Below, in pieces: positions 63,618 through 64,000 of a stretch of DNA of 64,000 nt. A model generated the notes under the pieces. That model saw only the letters and a list, made by a program, of their open reading frames with translations, was not told the origin of the DNA and did not search any database. Source of the stretch: Gammaproteobacteria bacterium (lineage in GTDB: Bacteria > Pseudomonadota > Gammaproteobacteria > Steroidobacterales > Foliamicaceae); the NCBI GenBank assembly GCA_026707445.1, contig JAPOWV010000008.1:15855-79854 (forward strand), in the 5' to 3' direction. Within the stretch, counting starts at the first letter, position 1; each line of letters starts with the position of its first letter. Both the position numbers and the translations under genes were made by a program.

Positions 63618-64000
<383 letters not shown>

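Overview
Visibly GC-rich bacterial chromosome segment with gammaproteobacterial backbone gene order. I call 62 CDS (2 run off the window), one tRNA-Leu(CAG), a few promoter or terminator candidates and three repeat or palindrome elements. I saw no rRNA, CRISPR array, transposase, integrase or phage gene. The core is an almost unbroken minus-strand housekeeping run from 41.5 kb to 20.9 kb: sdhB-sdhE-ygfX, lepB-rnc-era-recO, mutL-miaA-hfq-hflX-hflK-hflC-purA, rnr-rpsF-rpsR-rplI-dnaB, and a DinG-like helicase with tsaB. Also present are argG, metA-metY, trpE-trpG, sdhCDA, ygfZ and the 3' part of lysS. Points worth a second look: (1) squalene genes hpnC | hpnD-hpnE with an unknown membrane protein overlapping hpnC and three NTF2/SnoaL-like proteins after hpnE; (2) a twin-arginine (Tat)-signal CN-hydrolase coupled to a Tat-signal unknown protein; (3) a Tat-signal NAD(P)-binding protein followed by two tandemly duplicated lipoproteins; (4) a 120-nt compound hairpin between hflC and purA; (5) an sdh operon split into sdhCDA and sdhB by a 6.5-kb wedge, with REP-like palindromes in inverted orientation either side of sdhCDA; (6) an RNase R homolog lacking its whole N-terminal cold-shock region; (7) long encoded acidic tails on ribosomal proteins bS6 and bL9; (8) a 64-nt AT-rich island with a perfect palindrome inside a flavin oxidoreductase gene; (9) a divergent UDG-fold-like orphan and a tightly packed transporter/DUF1684/PPOX array. 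All functional calls come from motif recognition by eye. No database search was run.
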